NCBI GenBank assembly: GCA_963837955.1
Contig: CAWIPH010000001.1
Location: 288,001-352,000, forward strand
DNA from: an uncultured Verrucomicrobiae bacterium
Lineage (GTDB): Bacteria > Verrucomicrobiota > Verrucomicrobiia > Chthoniobacterales > JAFAMB01
Direction: 5' to 3'
Length of the DNA stretch: 64,000 nt
Positions 10,072-21,759 of this stretch are shown in pieces (the first letter of the stretch is position 1; each line of letters starts with the position of its first letter). Made by a program: the position numbers and the translations under genes. Under the pieces are notes generated by a model. It made no database searches and was not told the DNA's origin. It saw nothing but the letters and a program-made list of their open reading frames with translations.

Positions 10072-10815
10072 ATGAAATCCACCGAGCGTTTCAGTAATCG
10101 GGTAGAACAATATGCCCGATATCGTCCCCGTTATCCGAAAGCGCTGCTCGACCTCCTATTAACCAAGGTACCGTTGCCGGCTACGGTCGCCGATATCGGA
10201 TCCGGAACCGGGATTCTGTCGGATCAACTGCTTCAATCCGGTTACCAGGTCATGGCCGTCGAACCAAATAAGCCAATGCGCGAAGCCGCGGAGCGCCAGT
10301 TATCTGGACATAACACGTTTCGAAGCGTCGATGGCACAGCTGAAAACACGGAGCTAGACTCGTTGTCTGTCGACGCGGTCACCTGCGCCCAATCGTTTCA
10401 TTGGTTCGATCAAGGAAAATGCCGAACCGAATTCGATCGGATCCTTCGCCCGGATGGACTCATCGCGCTGATTTGGAATGATCGCGCCCCGCAAGATCCA
10501 TTGATGGAACGATACGATGAACTCCTTACAAGATTCCTTCCCGAGTATCCCAACTACTCGCATCGACGGGTTTCCACGGCGGATATTGAGATATTTTTCG
10601 CCGGTGGATCGTTCCAATTATTTACGTTTTCGAACGATCAATCTCTGACGCGAGAGGAATTCTTAGGAAGACTTATTTCTTCTTCCTATGTGCCACTCGC
10701 CGGAGAGCCGGGCCACCAAGAGTTGATCGAAGCGTGCAACGCTCTCTTTGATCAGTTCGCCGTGAACGGCTCCATCCGGTTCCTGTACGAGACCCAAGTC
10801 TATCTGGGTCGCTAG
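10072..10815 (+). CDS. Class I SAM-dependent methyltransferase
   Basis: YARYRPRYP, VADIGSGTGI, AQSFHWFD. Confidence 0.9.
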   Translation: MKSTERFSNRVEQYARYRPRYPKALLDLLLTKVPLPATVADIGSGTGILSDQLLQSGYQVMAVEPNKPMREAAERQLSGHNTFRSVDGTAENTELDSLSVDAVTCAQSFHWFDQGKCRTEFDRILRPDGLIALIWNDRAPQDPLMERYDELLTRFLPEYPNYSHRRVSTADIEIFFAGGSFQLFTFSNDQSLTREEFLGRLISSSYVPLAGEPGHQELIEACNALFDQFAVNGSIRFLYETQVYLGR

Positions 10816-10827
10816 CGTCGATGGCTT

Positions 10828-11211
10828 GGTCCCGGAGGGACTCAACGAAAATAGCCCAGTACGCAGTGCTGGGAATTAGACAAAAAGAGACGTCCGTCCC
10901 GTGAGGGACGATCGAAATGTTTTGGCTATTGGTCTTCTCGTAAGCGACGTCACCACCGTAAGCACCCCTCGATCGTCCCATCCGGGACGGGCCGTTTTTT
11001 GAACGCCACCCAGTACGAAGTGCTGGGAAATTACGCAAAGAGAGATTTCCGTCCCGTCAGCGGACGATCGAAATGTTTTGGCTATTGGTCTTCTCGTAAG
11101 CGACTTCACCAGCGTAAGCACCCCTCGATCGTCCCATCCGGGACGGGCCGTTTTTTGAACACCACCCCAGCACTTCGTACTGGGCTACTTTCATTTAGTC
11201 CCTCCGGGACC
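10828..11211. repeat. Family A composite palindromic repeat with 2 tandem ~155-bp units
   Basis: GGTCCCGGAGGGAC...GTCCCTCCGGGACC ends; CCCAG hairpin at 10855, 11009 and 11166. Confidence 0.88.
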
Positions 11212-11296
11212 CGCGTAGGCGCTCCTCAATTGGCAAATCATTCGAACTCGCAGGACAGTCTCCGCTACCATTTCAGATTACCGCCCTCCGACATCG

Positions 11297-11366
11297 GCTA
11301 TCGGCTATCTGCTATCTGCTATTTGCTATTTGCTATTTCCTTTCTGCTATTTGCTATTTGCTATTT
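11297..11366. repeat. Heptamer tandem repeat (GCTATYT)n
   Basis: About 10 imperfect copies; related tracts near 8335-8390 and 50058-50097. Confidence 0.85.
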
Positions 11367-11392
11367 ATCCCCACGGATAAGATCAGGGAAGG

Positions 11393-14300
11393 ATGCGAGT
11401 CTTCACCAGTCCCGCTTCCCCCGTACCGGAAGTTCAGCTTTTCTCCAATGGCAGTTATCATCTGGTCATCAGCAACGCCGGAGGCGGATACAGCCGTTGG
11501 CGTGGCCTGACCCTCACGCGTTGGCGTGAAGATGCCACGCGCGATTGCTGGGGAGCTTTCATTTATGTGCGTGATACCGGGTCTGGCGAATTCTTCTCCG
11601 CTGCTTATCAGCCGGCTGTGCGTTCGGCTGCGGATTACCAAGTGACCTTTACGGAGGCCAAAGCCGAGTTTCGCCAACGCCGAGGCGACCTGGAAATCCA
11701 CACGGAAATCTGTGTGTCGCCGGAAGACGACGTGGAAATACGACGGGTCTCTTTGACGAATCATTCCGGTACCCATCGCTCGGTCGAGCTGACAAGTTAC
11801 GCCGAAGTAGTCCTCGCGATTCCTTGGGCGGATCTGGCCCATCCGGTCTTCAGCAATCTCTTCGTACAGACAGAGTTCCTGCGGGAACGCAGCGCCATCC
11901 TTTGCACCAGACGCCCTCGCTCCGAAACTGAAGAACGACCGTGGCTCCTGCATTTACTGGTGACTGAACAAAGCGGCGAGATCTCCTGCGAAACGGATCG
12001 CGCCAGGTTTATTGGACGCGGCCGATCCGCGGCCGATCCGGCCGCAATGCGGCACATTTCGCCGCTTTCCAATACGGTCGGTTCCGTCTTGGACCCAATC
12101 GCCTCGCTTCGAGGCGCGTTCGCGCTCGCTCCCAATGAAATTATCCGCGTCGCTTTTGTTCTGGGGGCAACGGAGAGCCGAGATGCCGCGTCGGCTCTTA
12201 TCGAAAAATACCAGAAGCCCAGTGTGATAGAGCAGTCATTCGATCTCGCAGGGACCCATAGCGAGACTACCTTGCGCCAGGTCCGCATTACCGAAACTGA
12301 GGCCGAGATTTATGCACAATTGGCCGGCGCTCTGGTTTACGTCGATCCAGCTCGCCGAGCGGATTCCAACGTATTGCTTCAGAACCGGCGCGGACAGAAC
12401 GGACTCTGGAGCTACGGCATCTCCGGAAACCTCCCAATCGTTCTGTTGCGAATCAGTGATGCGAACAAAATCGAAATCGTAAAGCAACTGGTTCAGGCGC
12501 ACTCATACTGGCGAGACAAAGCGCTAGCCGTGGATCTAGTCATTTTGATCGAGGACGTTTCGGAGTCGGGCCAATCCCTTTACAACGAAATCGTTGGCTT
12601 GATCGCACCTGAGCCCGAACGTGGAATACTAGACAAGCCGGCAGGAATTTTTGTTCGAGACCGGAAGCAAGTCCCGGAAGAAGATCAGACGCTGCTCGCA
12701 GCGGCAGCCCGCATCGTTCTGACCGATCGAGACGGAACGTTGGCCGAACAATTGGATCGGCCGGAGAGCTACAATCCTCCGATCGCGGAGCTGAGACCGA
12801 CCGAACCCACCTCGCCCAACGGGTCCGCCCCGCTCGTACCGCGCGAGTTGCTTTTTCAGAACGGGCTGGGCGGCTTCACCCCCGATGGATGCGAGTACGT
12901 AATAACATTGGAATCGGGACAAACGACACCCGCCCCTTGGGTGAATGTGATTGCCAACCCGAACTTTGGAACCGTCATCTCTGAGAGTGGGGGTGCCTAT
13001 ACCTGGGCGCAGAATTCTCACGAGTTTCGGCTAACACCTTGGAACAATGATCCGGTAACAGATGCTACTGGGGAAGCGTTTTATCTCAGGGACGAGCAGA
13101 GCGGAGATTTCTGGTCACCAACTCCTGGACCGGCGCGCGGCGCGACCCCTTACGTGATTCGGCACGGTTTCGGCTATTCCGTATTTGAGCATACCGAAAA
13201 CGGCGTCGTTTCGGAGCTGACAGTTTATGTTGCTCTCGATGCACCGGTGAAATTCGCCGCCCTAAAATTGCGCAACGTTTCCGGTCGCGCCCGACGGATT
13301 TCCGTAACTGGGTACTGGGAATGGGTGTTTGGTGATTTGCGCCAAAATGGTTTGCTTCACGCGCAAACGGAAGTGGACGTTACCAGTGGAGCGTTACTGG
13401 GACATAACCCTTATAACGCTGAGTTTTCCGAATGGATCGCGTTCGTTGACGTCGACGCTCCCACGCGAACCTTAACCGGAGATCGGGAGGAATTTCTGGG
13501 CCGAAACGGTGACCTGTCATTTCCGGCAGCGCTGAAGCGAGAACATCTCTCCGGCAAAACCGGAGCCGGTTTGGATCCGTGTGGAGCGATGCAAATCACC
13601 ATGGATTTATCGAATGGTCAGGAACAAGAAACCTGTTTTCGTCTGGGCGCTGGCTGCGGCCTCGCAGAGGTGCAAGATCTGATTCAACGCTTTCGGGGAG
13701 CGCAGGCTAGCCAGACAGCGCTTGAAGGCGCTCGACAATATTGGAAGCAAACGCTTGGCACAGTTCAGGTCGAAACTCCCGATCCATCCGTAAACCTGAT
13801 CGCTAACGGTTGGCTGTTCTACCAGACGTTGAGCTGCCGGCTCTGGGGTCGAACCGGTTTTTATCAATCCGGCGGCGCATTTGGGTTTCGCGACCAACTA
13901 CAAGATGTCATGGCGCTGGTACATGCCGAACCGGCTCTTACCCGAGAACATCTCCTGCGTTCGGCGGCGCATCAATTCCGCGAGGGCGATGTCTTGCATT
14001 GGTGGCATCCTCCGTCTGGACGTGGCTCGCGCACGCATACTTCCGATGACTATTTGTGGCTCCCCTATGTCACCTGCCGCTACGTCTCAGCCGTTGGCGA
14101 CACCAGTGTGCTCGACGAAACGGTTCCGTTTTTGGAAGGCCGGCTCGCTCAAACCAGAGGAAGAATCTTATTATGACTTGCCGAAGCGCTCCGAAGAATC
14201 GGGCACACTCTATGAGCATTGCGTACGCTCCATCGAAAATGGCCTGAAATTCGGTGTACATGGCCTGCCCTTGATGGGGAGCTGCGACTGGAACGACGGA

Positions 14301-15278
14301 ATGAATCTGGTCGGAAAAGATGGGAAGGGCGAAAGTGTTTGGCTGGCCTTTTTCCTCTACGATGTGCTCACCCGGTTCGCCGAGCTGGCTCGTAGCCGCA
14401 ACGACATCTCCTTTGCCGATCGCTGCCTATCTCAAGCGAAGCAACTGCAAACAAACGTCGAAGAGCAAGCCTGGGACGGCGAATGGTATCGGCGCGCCTA
14501 CTTCGATAACGGCGAACCGCTCGGTTCTCATATCAACTCGGAATGCCAAATTGATTCTTTGCCCCAAAGCTGGTCGGTCATCAGTGGCGCCGGCGATCCG
14601 CAACGCGCTCGTCAGGCGATGCAGTCGGTAGACCAGCGCCTGGTCCGTCGAGATAAAGGGCTGATTCAGCTGTTCGATCCGCCTTTTGACAAATCTGACC
14701 TTCATCCTGGCTACATCAAAGGCTATGTCCCGGGTGTACGAGAAAATGGCGGCCAATATACCCATGCGGCGATTTGGACCGTTATGGCGTTCGCGCTGCT
14801 CGGCGACCACGAACGGGCCTGGGAACTGGTTGGATTGCTGAATCCGATCAATCACGCAACCACACCCGCGGCCACCTCCGTTTACAAGGTCGAGCCCTAT
14901 GTCATCGCGGCCGACGTTTACGCCGTCGCACCGCATACCGGCCGGGGCGGCTGGACCTGGTATACCGGTTCGGCCGGATGGACGTACCGGCTCCTGATCG
15001 AAACACTGTTAGGCTTGAACCGGGAAGGGAATCGATTGCGTCTGACCCCACGTCTTCCCAAAGGCTGGACGACTTGCAAGATCCATTACCGGTATCGGAG
15101 TACGACTTATGAGATCGGCATCTCCGTACTGACCGATGCCCAACCCGGCTCCGGTGAAATATCTCTCGATGGAGAACCACTAGCCGGATCAACGATCCCT
15201 CTGGTGGACGACGGTCGCGCGCATCGCGTCGAGATGCGGTTGCCGGCTCGCGATTTGCCCTCGGACACTAGCGGTTAA
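11393..15278 (+). CDS. GH94 glycoside phosphorylase equivalent to the C-terminal half of cyclic beta-1,2-glucan synthase (Cgs/NdvB); one frameshift near 14144
   Basis: Two GH36/94-type N-terminal repeats (EVQLFSNG; TPAPWVNVIAN), YQSGGAFGFRDQLQD, GSCDWNDGMN, GVRENGGQYTH; the two ORFs join as FLEGR/SLKPEEESYYD. Confidence 0.85.
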
Positions 15279-15420
15279 CGGCTCGCTGGCACTTTTTGGT
15301 ATGGACATCCTCTCGATAACGATCTTCAGGTCGTTCAGTATTTCGGCCAAGAAATAGTACCGAACGATGTCAAAATGGCGCTTCCGCAATTCGACAGCAT
15401 TATTGACGGTGACGAGTCTT

Positions 15421-16123
15421 TCAAACGCACCCGAGTACAGCAAGATGAGAACAGGTCCAAAATGGATCGGATCTAGTCGGTTTGGTCGTAAAGAGAAATA
15501 CTCTCAATCCCAGACTTCTGAGAAAATCGATATCGTCGAACAGCGAATAGGAGTAATGAACGCCGTCGCCACTGCTGAATTTGTAGGACCTAAAGCCATT
15601 CTTTAAGAATTGAAACGAACGCCAGAGGTGGACAGCCCGGAGCGCATGAGAAACAATTTTCTGTGAAGTCGAGCCGCAGCCGAAATTGTTCATATCCGAG
15701 ATAAACACGGCTCTGCTGGCTACGCGTACCATTTCTCGCATAGCTCGCCGCGGCTCGGACAAATGATGCATTACGCCGAGTGCCAAGACACAATCGTAGG
15801 AGTTGTCGGCGAACTGGATATGGGTTGCGTCCCCGTTGAGTAGCTGATTGACCGGAATTCCTTTCTTGTGACCGATGTTGCGCAATTCTGCAACCGGCTC
15901 AATTCCAGCTACCCGCGCACTCGGAAGTGTCTGCAATCGAAGCAGCCCACGACCCGTCCCGCAACCGACGTCCAAGAAGGAGTTAAGTCTTTGAGATTTC
16001 GCAAGACCGCTTAGCAAATCAAGAGCTCAAATCATGCTCCGGTTCCGAGGCGGACAAATGGCTTTCGTCGTAGCGATCAGCCGTAGTGGCATAATAGGAC
16101 CGTTGCAGCCTAATTTCGTCCAT
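15421..16123 (-). CDS. Class I SAM-dependent methyltransferase; frameshift near 16025
   Basis: FLDVGCGTGRG; N-terminus MDEIRLQRSYYATTADRYD read manually in another frame from the ATG at 16123. Confidence 0.75.
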
Positions 16124-16836
16124 TTTCGAGTACGTCCGCCGGAATTAAAAATAAGACAGTCATTGTCCTTCGGATGCAAGTCGAGCGGAATTTTTGAACG
16201 CAGACTCAAGACGAACAAAACCGGGAGAAGCCCGCGATTTCATTTAATCGTGGTACGCGGTTACGGAAACTAGATCGGATCCCAGTTTCCATTTTGGCTT
16301 ACGGGACGGCCTTTGGGAGGTTAACAGTTGAGGTTTCGTCTTGAGGGTTGCAATTAAAGCGTGCGCCGGGGCCCACGATCGGTCGGGCGAAAACCTCGGC
16401 GCGCGGCGGGCATGCGATAAATTCGAATTGTTTGCGCCGGGTTTGAGCCGTGCGAGGAATGGATCTGTATAGCGCATTTTCTCGTAACGGCACAAACGGC
16501 TGAAGCCGGCCCGGCGCATGCCGGACCAGGCTTTCGCCCCACCCAATACAAGAGCTAATTCGTTTTCACTAACCGCAGGAAGTCGATCCCGACGAAATAG
16601 TTTATCGCGTTCGTGTTCTTTCCGACCAGAGTAAAGGCTATTTGGTGAGCACCGGCGCTAAGTTGGACCGATCCGAATTTGATCCGCAGCTTTTCGAACC
16701 AGGGATTCCTCGATTTGGCAAGTGTCCGGCAAAGCTCGCGACACTATGAAGATGTAGGCTCCCTGATGTTAACTAGTGCGGTGTTTCAGTACGTGTTTCC
16801 GCGTAGCTCGCGCCATTTCGGCCCAAGCGGGGACTC

Positions 16837-17586
16837 CTAACTCCTTCCCCTGGCCTTTCTACGAACGATCTCCAACGCGGTATAGAAAACAAACAGGGTG
16901 TTATTGACGAGGTACCGTCGCCAAAGCCGCCTGGGCTCTATCAACAAACGGAACGCCCATTCCAATCCCAAGCGCTGCCATGAAGGTGGCGCCTGTTTCA
17001 CGGTTCCGCTAATGAGTGAGAATGCGGCTCCCACTGCCACGTAGACAGCCGGGGGCAAGGCGTCTTTTAGACGGGCGAGTAAGAGTTCTTGTTTGGGGCA
17101 CCCTAGACCGACCCAGACAAAATTTGGTCCCATGTCTCGCAGGAGCCCGATGATTTTTTCGTCTTCGCCGAATGGCCACTTCCCAAAAGGAGGCGAATAG
17201 GATCCGAGAACTCTAGCCCGAGGATATTTATCACGCAGAACCTGTTCGAGTCTCTGCCGATCTTCCTCCGTCCCGCCCAACAGAAAATGGCGATCAGTCG
17301 GGTCCGAAGCTGCCAGCGAGTGACGCATCAGGTCTGGACCGTAAACCCGGTCTTTTAGCCCAGCATTGAACAGTCGATTCAGATACCAAACCAACGGCAT
17401 GCCATCCGGAACCACGAGATCAAATTTTTCCATTGCCGCCGCGAATTGTTTATCACCGCGCGCGGTGGTTACGAGGTGAGTATTCGCTGCCGCGACTAGG
17501 TGAGCAGCACTTGAATTCTGAGCCCATGCACTCAAAAGGGCGACAGCTTCAGAATAATTGCAAACAGCGATCGGTAACCCGAGCAC
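16837..17586 (-). CDS. WecB/TagA/CpsF family glycosyltransferase
   Basis: VVPDGMPLVW, RVYGPDLM, VWVGLGCPKQE, GLEWAFRL. Confidence 0.92.
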   Translation of the reverse strand: MLGLPIAVCNYSEAVALLSAWAQNSSAAHLVAAANTHLVTTARGDKQFAAAMEKFDLVVPDGMPLVWYLNRLFNAGLKDRVYGPDLMRHSLAASDPTDRHFLLGGTEEDRQRLEQVLRDKYPRARVLGSYSPPFGKWPFGEDEKIIGLLRDMGPNFVWVGLGCPKQELLLARLKDALPPAVYVAVGAAFSLISGTVKQAPPSWQRLGLEWAFRLLIEPRRLWRRYLVNNTLFVFYTALEIVRRKARGRS

Positions 17587-17700
17587 CGGCGCTCGGATTA
17601 TGCCGGCAAAACAAACGAGGACTGGGTCACAAAACTCCCGAATGTAATGTTACGATCCCAGTAATTTCTAAAAAAGCTTTCCGAGCGCAATAATATAACC

Positions 17701-18510
17701 GTGTCTCCAAATGGGTTTCAACAAGCATATTCTTTTCGTGCGTTGGGCCGTTGGCTCAGAGCCTTTGGCATCGAGCCGCGGATCACGGTTAATGGGCTGA
17801 AAAGTCTTAGGCTCTATCGGTCGGATTATTATCGACTGAAAGAACAAAGCCGAACCGCGCCTGCGAATTGGTCGATCCGAGCGAGCTATCCTTGCTTGAA
17901 CGATTTCTCCGATCAACCGGGTAGCGCTACTGGCCATTACTTTCACCAGGACCTGTTTGTCGCTCAAAGGATTTTTTCACGGAACCCAGAGAGACACGTT
18001 GATATCGGTTCCAGAATCGATGGCTTCGTTGCCCACGTTGTGAGTTTCCGGAAGATTGAGGTTTTCGACTATCGTCAACTCCTAACGCCCATTCCGAACG
18101 TTATTTTTCGCCGGTTCAATCTTTTGGCCCTTCCGCCTGACCTAAACAATTACTGCGATTCGCTTTCCTGTTTGCATGTGATTGAACACGTAGGATTAGG
18201 TCGCTATGGAGATCCTATCGATCTTTTTGGTCATCTTAAGGCTTTGGATAGCTTAGCCGCAATCCTTAAACCTGATGGGCTACTTTATCTGTCCGCTCCG
18301 TTCGGCGAAGAACGAATCGAATTTAATGCCCACCGCGTCTTCTCGTTGGCCACGCTCGTAGAAATGGTTCGAACAAAATTTCGCCTTCTTGGCTTTTCAT
18401 ATGTCGATGACGCCGGCAACCTTGAGCCTAACGCCAACCTTGATAATCTGCTGGCGCAAAGACCGCCCGCGAATTTCTCGCTTGCAATCTTCGAACTCCA
18501 GAAAAACTAA
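17701..18510 (+). CDS. DUF268-like / SAM-methyltransferase-fold protein
   Basis: HYFHQDL, HVDIGSRIDGFVAHV, SCLHVIEHVGLGRYGDP. Confidence 0.8.
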   Translation: MSPNGFQQAYSFRALGRWLRAFGIEPRITVNGLKSLRLYRSDYYRLKEQSRTAPANWSIRASYPCLNDFSDQPGSATGHYFHQDLFVAQRIFSRNPERHVDIGSRIDGFVAHVVSFRKIEVFDYRQLLTPIPNVIFRRFNLLALPPDLNNYCDSLSCLHVIEHVGLGRYGDPIDLFGHLKALDSLAAILKPDGLLYLSAPFGEERIEFNAHRVFSLATLVEMVRTKFRLLGFSYVDDAGNLEPNANLDNLLAQRPPANFSLAIFELQKN

Positions 18511-18529
18511 AGAATCCTTTTCGGCACAG

Positions 18530-19543
18530 CGTGGACTTGATCGGATTTTCATCTACGCCAAGCTTGGGCGAATTCGGTTGGGCAACCATTATCTGTTCGG
18601 ATGGGGATTAGGGAACACCTTGTTCGCTTGGGCACGATCCGAAATAGCGGCGGAGCGATACTCCTTGCCTATTCTAGCACCTGTTTGGCGTCGCCTAACC
18701 AGCGGTGGTGGCTGGATAACTGCTTTAAAAGCGTTCGGTTCGCGTAACCAAGCACTTCGAACTTACAATGGCTTATTCGAAGAGCAGGGTCTGAGTTCGT
18801 CCGGCAAGAACCTGCTTACTCTCGCCTGGGCCGCTCATATGGATGAAAATGCGCTTCCCCAAGTACTGGAGACACCGAAGCGATTTTTTCGGCCGATTGT
18901 TTTCGTCTTCAGTAATGTCCGCGACCGTTTCGCCTCCTTAGCCGATTGCCAGCCGCTCGTAGCCGCTCGCTTTAGCGCCGCGCTCGCACCGGGAGCCATG
19001 GAACGATTGCCGTCTAGAACTGCGCCTCGTTTCGCTTGTCATGTCCGGCTCGGCGACTTCAATCCGGCATCAGAATTGAACCCGATAACCGGCCATAATG
19101 CCCGTCTACCGATGGAATGGTATGTCGCGCAGATTAAGAATGTTTCTGCTATTTGGCCAAACGTACCGATCGAGCTCTTTTCGGATGGAACTGACGCCGA
19201 GCTCGCGGAACTACTCCGATTGCCTGCTGTCTGCCGAGCGGACTATGGGAACGCCGCAATCGATTTATTGGCAATGAGCCGGGCTAGCCTACTCATTTGT
19301 TCAGGTTCGACCTATAGCGCATGGGCGGCGTTCCTCGGCCAAATGCCAGCAATCTGGTTTCCGGGCAAGCAAGAATCACAGTTCGGCTCGGTGAGGCTGT
19401 CGAATGCCATTGAGATGACGGGCAACGACTCCATACCCGAGTTTTTCGCCGAGCAGTCCAGGTCAACGGGTGAGTCCTTGGTTCGGCAAACGGCCCACGA
19501 ACTAAGTTTGGTTTTTCATGCCAAGGATCATTTGCAGCGCTGA
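18530..19543 (+). CDS. Putative alpha-1,2-fucosyltransferase-like (GT11) protein; start approximate
   Basis: GLGNTLF, CHVRLGDF (HxRxGD), STYSAWAAFLG. Confidence 0.65.
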   Translation, partial: RGLDRIFIYAKLGRIRLGNHYLFGWGLGNTLFAWARSEIAAERYSLPILAPVWRRLTSGGGWITALKAFGSRNQALRTYNGLFEEQGLSSSGKNLLTLAWAAHMDENALPQVLETPKRFFRPIVFVFSNVRDRFASLADCQPLVAARFSAALAPGAMERLPSRTAPRFACHVRLGDFNPASELNPITGHNARLPMEWYVAQIKNVSAIWPNVPIELFSDGTDAELAELLRLPAVCRADYGNAAIDLLAMSRASLLICSGSTYSAWAAFLGQMPAIWFPGKQESQFGSVRLSNAIEMTGNDSIPEFFAEQSRSTGESLVRQTAHELSLVFHAKDHLQR

Positions 19544-19571
19544 AGGCTCAGTGCGATCACACTCGCCGAGA

Positions 19572-20303
19572 TCATCCGGCGTTGACCTGGGGCTTTTGAA
19601 TCAACGGGATCATATCGCGCACAAATCCGGTCAGACGGTCAAACAGCTCTTTTCTTAGTTCTGCGGAATCTCTCGCCTTGGGCAGAATTCCGCTCACGAT
19701 CACGTAAGCCCAACGATGATTCGTTCCTTTGGTGACACGGTCCCAGCTGGTTAAGAGGATCCGCTGAAAATGATCGTCGGTTGTCGTGTCTTTGCCAACA
19801 AACCAGTAAAGGAAGTAACCGTTTATTCTCTCTCCGTTTTCGGTCCGAGTCAGAGTAAGAAGACGAACCTTTTGTGTCCCATGATTTGCCAGCGGAATCG
19901 GAATGGATTTCTCGTCAACGATCGTCCAGCCTTGTCCAACCAGGCAGACCTGAGGGCGATGGATGCTATTTCGTTGAGCGCCACTTAACACGATTTCACA
20001 GGTAATCTCGGCCCGCGCCGCTCCAACGTAGCCTTTTTTGGCAAACTCGGTGTCCTTCGGCAAAAACTGCTTTTCCGATTCGGAAATCGCGCGATCGAAG
20101 CCGATATAGCTTCCGACTGAGTCCGGTAGTTCCATGTTCACACCGGCTTCGCTGATTCCAGTCGCTTCCCGTGTCAGGTAGACCGCGCCGGCAGCGACGC
20201 CGGCAATGACCAGCACCACCGCCGATCGCCACCACGGAAAGATTGCAGCGTTCGATTCAATGCCCTTCACTGAGACCTTTTTCGAGCTGGTTCCTGCACT
20301 CAT
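19572..20303 (-). CDS. Exosortase-associated EpsI-family protein
   Basis: Single N-terminal TM, SIHRPQVCLVGQGW, FLYWF; overlaps the exosortase stop. Confidence 0.8.
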   Translation of the reverse strand: MSAGTSSKKVSVKGIESNAAIFPWWRSAVVLVIAGVAAGAVYLTREATGISEAGVNMELPDSVGSYIGFDRAISESEKQFLPKDTEFAKKGYVGAARAEITCEIVLSGAQRNSIHRPQVCLVGQGWTIVDEKSIPIPLANHGTQKVRLLTLTRTENGERINGYFLYWFVGKDTTTDDHFQRILLTSWDRVTKGTNHRWAYVIVSGILPKARDSAELRKELFDRLTGFVRDMIPLIQKPQVNAG

Positions 20304-21301
20304 CGCATTTCCTGTCCTGTCCCAGTTTTCGGTTTGGCCGTCCGCCAATCTTTTGCCAGCAACTGCACCAGAAAGAATACCCCCAACAGCGCAGCGATAT
20401 AAACGACAAGTCCCGCCATGGTGTGGAACCAGGTCGGTTGCTCAAGTGTTCCAATAGCAAATTTGCCACCAAACTGCACCGTTCCCCAGGTGAGCATCAA
20501 GATTCGGCAAAAATTGCCGAAGATGGCCAGCGGAAAAGCGGCCAAGACGGTGATTACAATTTGCCACCACCGGCGCAATATCAGGATGCCGTATAGGCTT
20601 GCCATCATCGTGAGAGCGAAAAGCGAGTGCATTCCGCTACAAGGGTCCGCGACATCGATACTGAACCGCTGGCCCACCGACATTCCCGAAGCGGGGTCGG
20701 AAGCAGAGAGAATTGCGGTTCCTTCCCGGATAGCCGGAAGATGGACGAGATTGAGGAAATGCTCGCTCAGCGTACTCATCAATAACCGAAGGGGAAACGC
20801 GACATACTGATCCAGGAAAACAAAGGGCCACGCGAAAGTCAGGAAGAGCCAGATAAAGAAGATCGATTGGAAGAATCGGAATCCAAGAAACCAAAGAATG
20901 AGACCAGCGACGAAGATCTGCAGGGCGACAAATCCAAGGTACTGCAAATCAACCACGTAACCGATCCAATAGAGAAAAACGGAAAGTCCGAGGACCAGCA
21001 GCCCAATGCTTGAACCGCGCACAGGAACTTCCGCCAGACTGCGCCGCTTGAGAAAAACGAGCACTGCGACCAAAGGGAAAACGAAAATACCGTGGTTCCA
21101 TTCACTGAAGCCAAACCACAAAGAATAGGCCACATCCCAGAGGGGAACCGGAACGTGACCATAACCGCTCGCGTACGGAACTCGAAAAAAAAGTGCGAAA
21201 AGTGCTGCGAAACCAACGAGAAGAGGCAAGATCCACTCTCGAACTGGAACGGAACGTAGGGTCACATACCTGATCATCCCTGAATTCTTTTCGGCTGACA
21301 A
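20300..21301 (-). CDS. Exosortase (exosortase/archaeosortase family)
   Basis: Multi-TM; Cys-Arg-His triad motifs VADPCSG, GNFCRI, FHTMAG. Confidence 0.9.
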   Translation of the reverse strand: MSAEKNSGMIRYVTLRSVPVREWILPLLVGFAALFALFFRVPYASGYGHVPVPLWDVAYSLWFGFSEWNHGIFVFPLVAVLVFLKRRSLAEVPVRGSSIGLLVLGLSVFLYWIGYVVDLQYLGFVALQIFVAGLILWFLGFRFFQSIFFIWLFLTFAWPFVFLDQYVAFPLRLLMSTLSEHFLNLVHLPAIREGTAILSASDPASGMSVGQRFSIDVADPCSGMHSLFALTMMASLYGILILRRWWQIVITVLAAFPLAIFGNFCRILMLTWGTVQFGGKFAIGTLEQPTWFHTMAGLVVYIAALLGVFFLVQLLAKDWRTAKPKTGTGQEMR

Positions 21302-21444
21302 GCTCGCTAGTTTAGCGCGATCGAAACCCCGTTTTATGCGGTTTCACGATTTTCAGCCGCTTGCATTACGTATTCGGAATAAATAGACTGTGCTGTTATT
21401 GCGTTTTGTGTTCCGATGACCTTTCTGGCCCTTAAGTCAATGGG

Positions 21445-21759
21445 ATGAGCAAGATCCTACTCAGGCTGAAACCGCTCCAGCACCTGGCAGTGAGGATCTT
21501 TGGCTTCAAAATTACCGAAGTAAATTCGGGAGAGAATCTTGGGAAGTACATCATCATCCCGTGGCGCGGGCGACTTCATTTTATCGGCCTGGATTCAGGT
21601 AAACCGTTTTATCCGGTCTTCATCTCGCAACAGCGCGTAACTTATTGGAAGCAAACCTTAGCGTTCCGGACCCACCCGCCACCTGACTATCCGAATGAGC
21701 GACACGGTAACGATCCTGGTAACCCATCAATCTCCGCAACGCGTCGATCGGATGCTTAA
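21445..21759 (+). CDS. Hypothetical protein (3' end uncertain)
   Basis: ATG-initiated ORF with protein-like composition ahead of the next gene. Confidence 0.4.
   Translation: MSKILLRLKPLQHLAVRIFGFKITEVNSGENLGKYIIIPWRGRLHFIGLDSGKPFYPVFISQQRVTYWKQTLAFRTHPPPDYPNERHGNDPGNPSISATRRSDA

Noticed and set aside
14130..14160. Programmed frameshift in the GH94 gene
   Set aside because: No slippery run is visible, and similar single indels elsewhere point to sequence error or mutation.
16355..16525. Short inverted repeat GCGTGCGCCGGG / CCCGGCGCATGC
   Set aside because: Single short GC-rich occurrence with no second copy in the window; not enough support.
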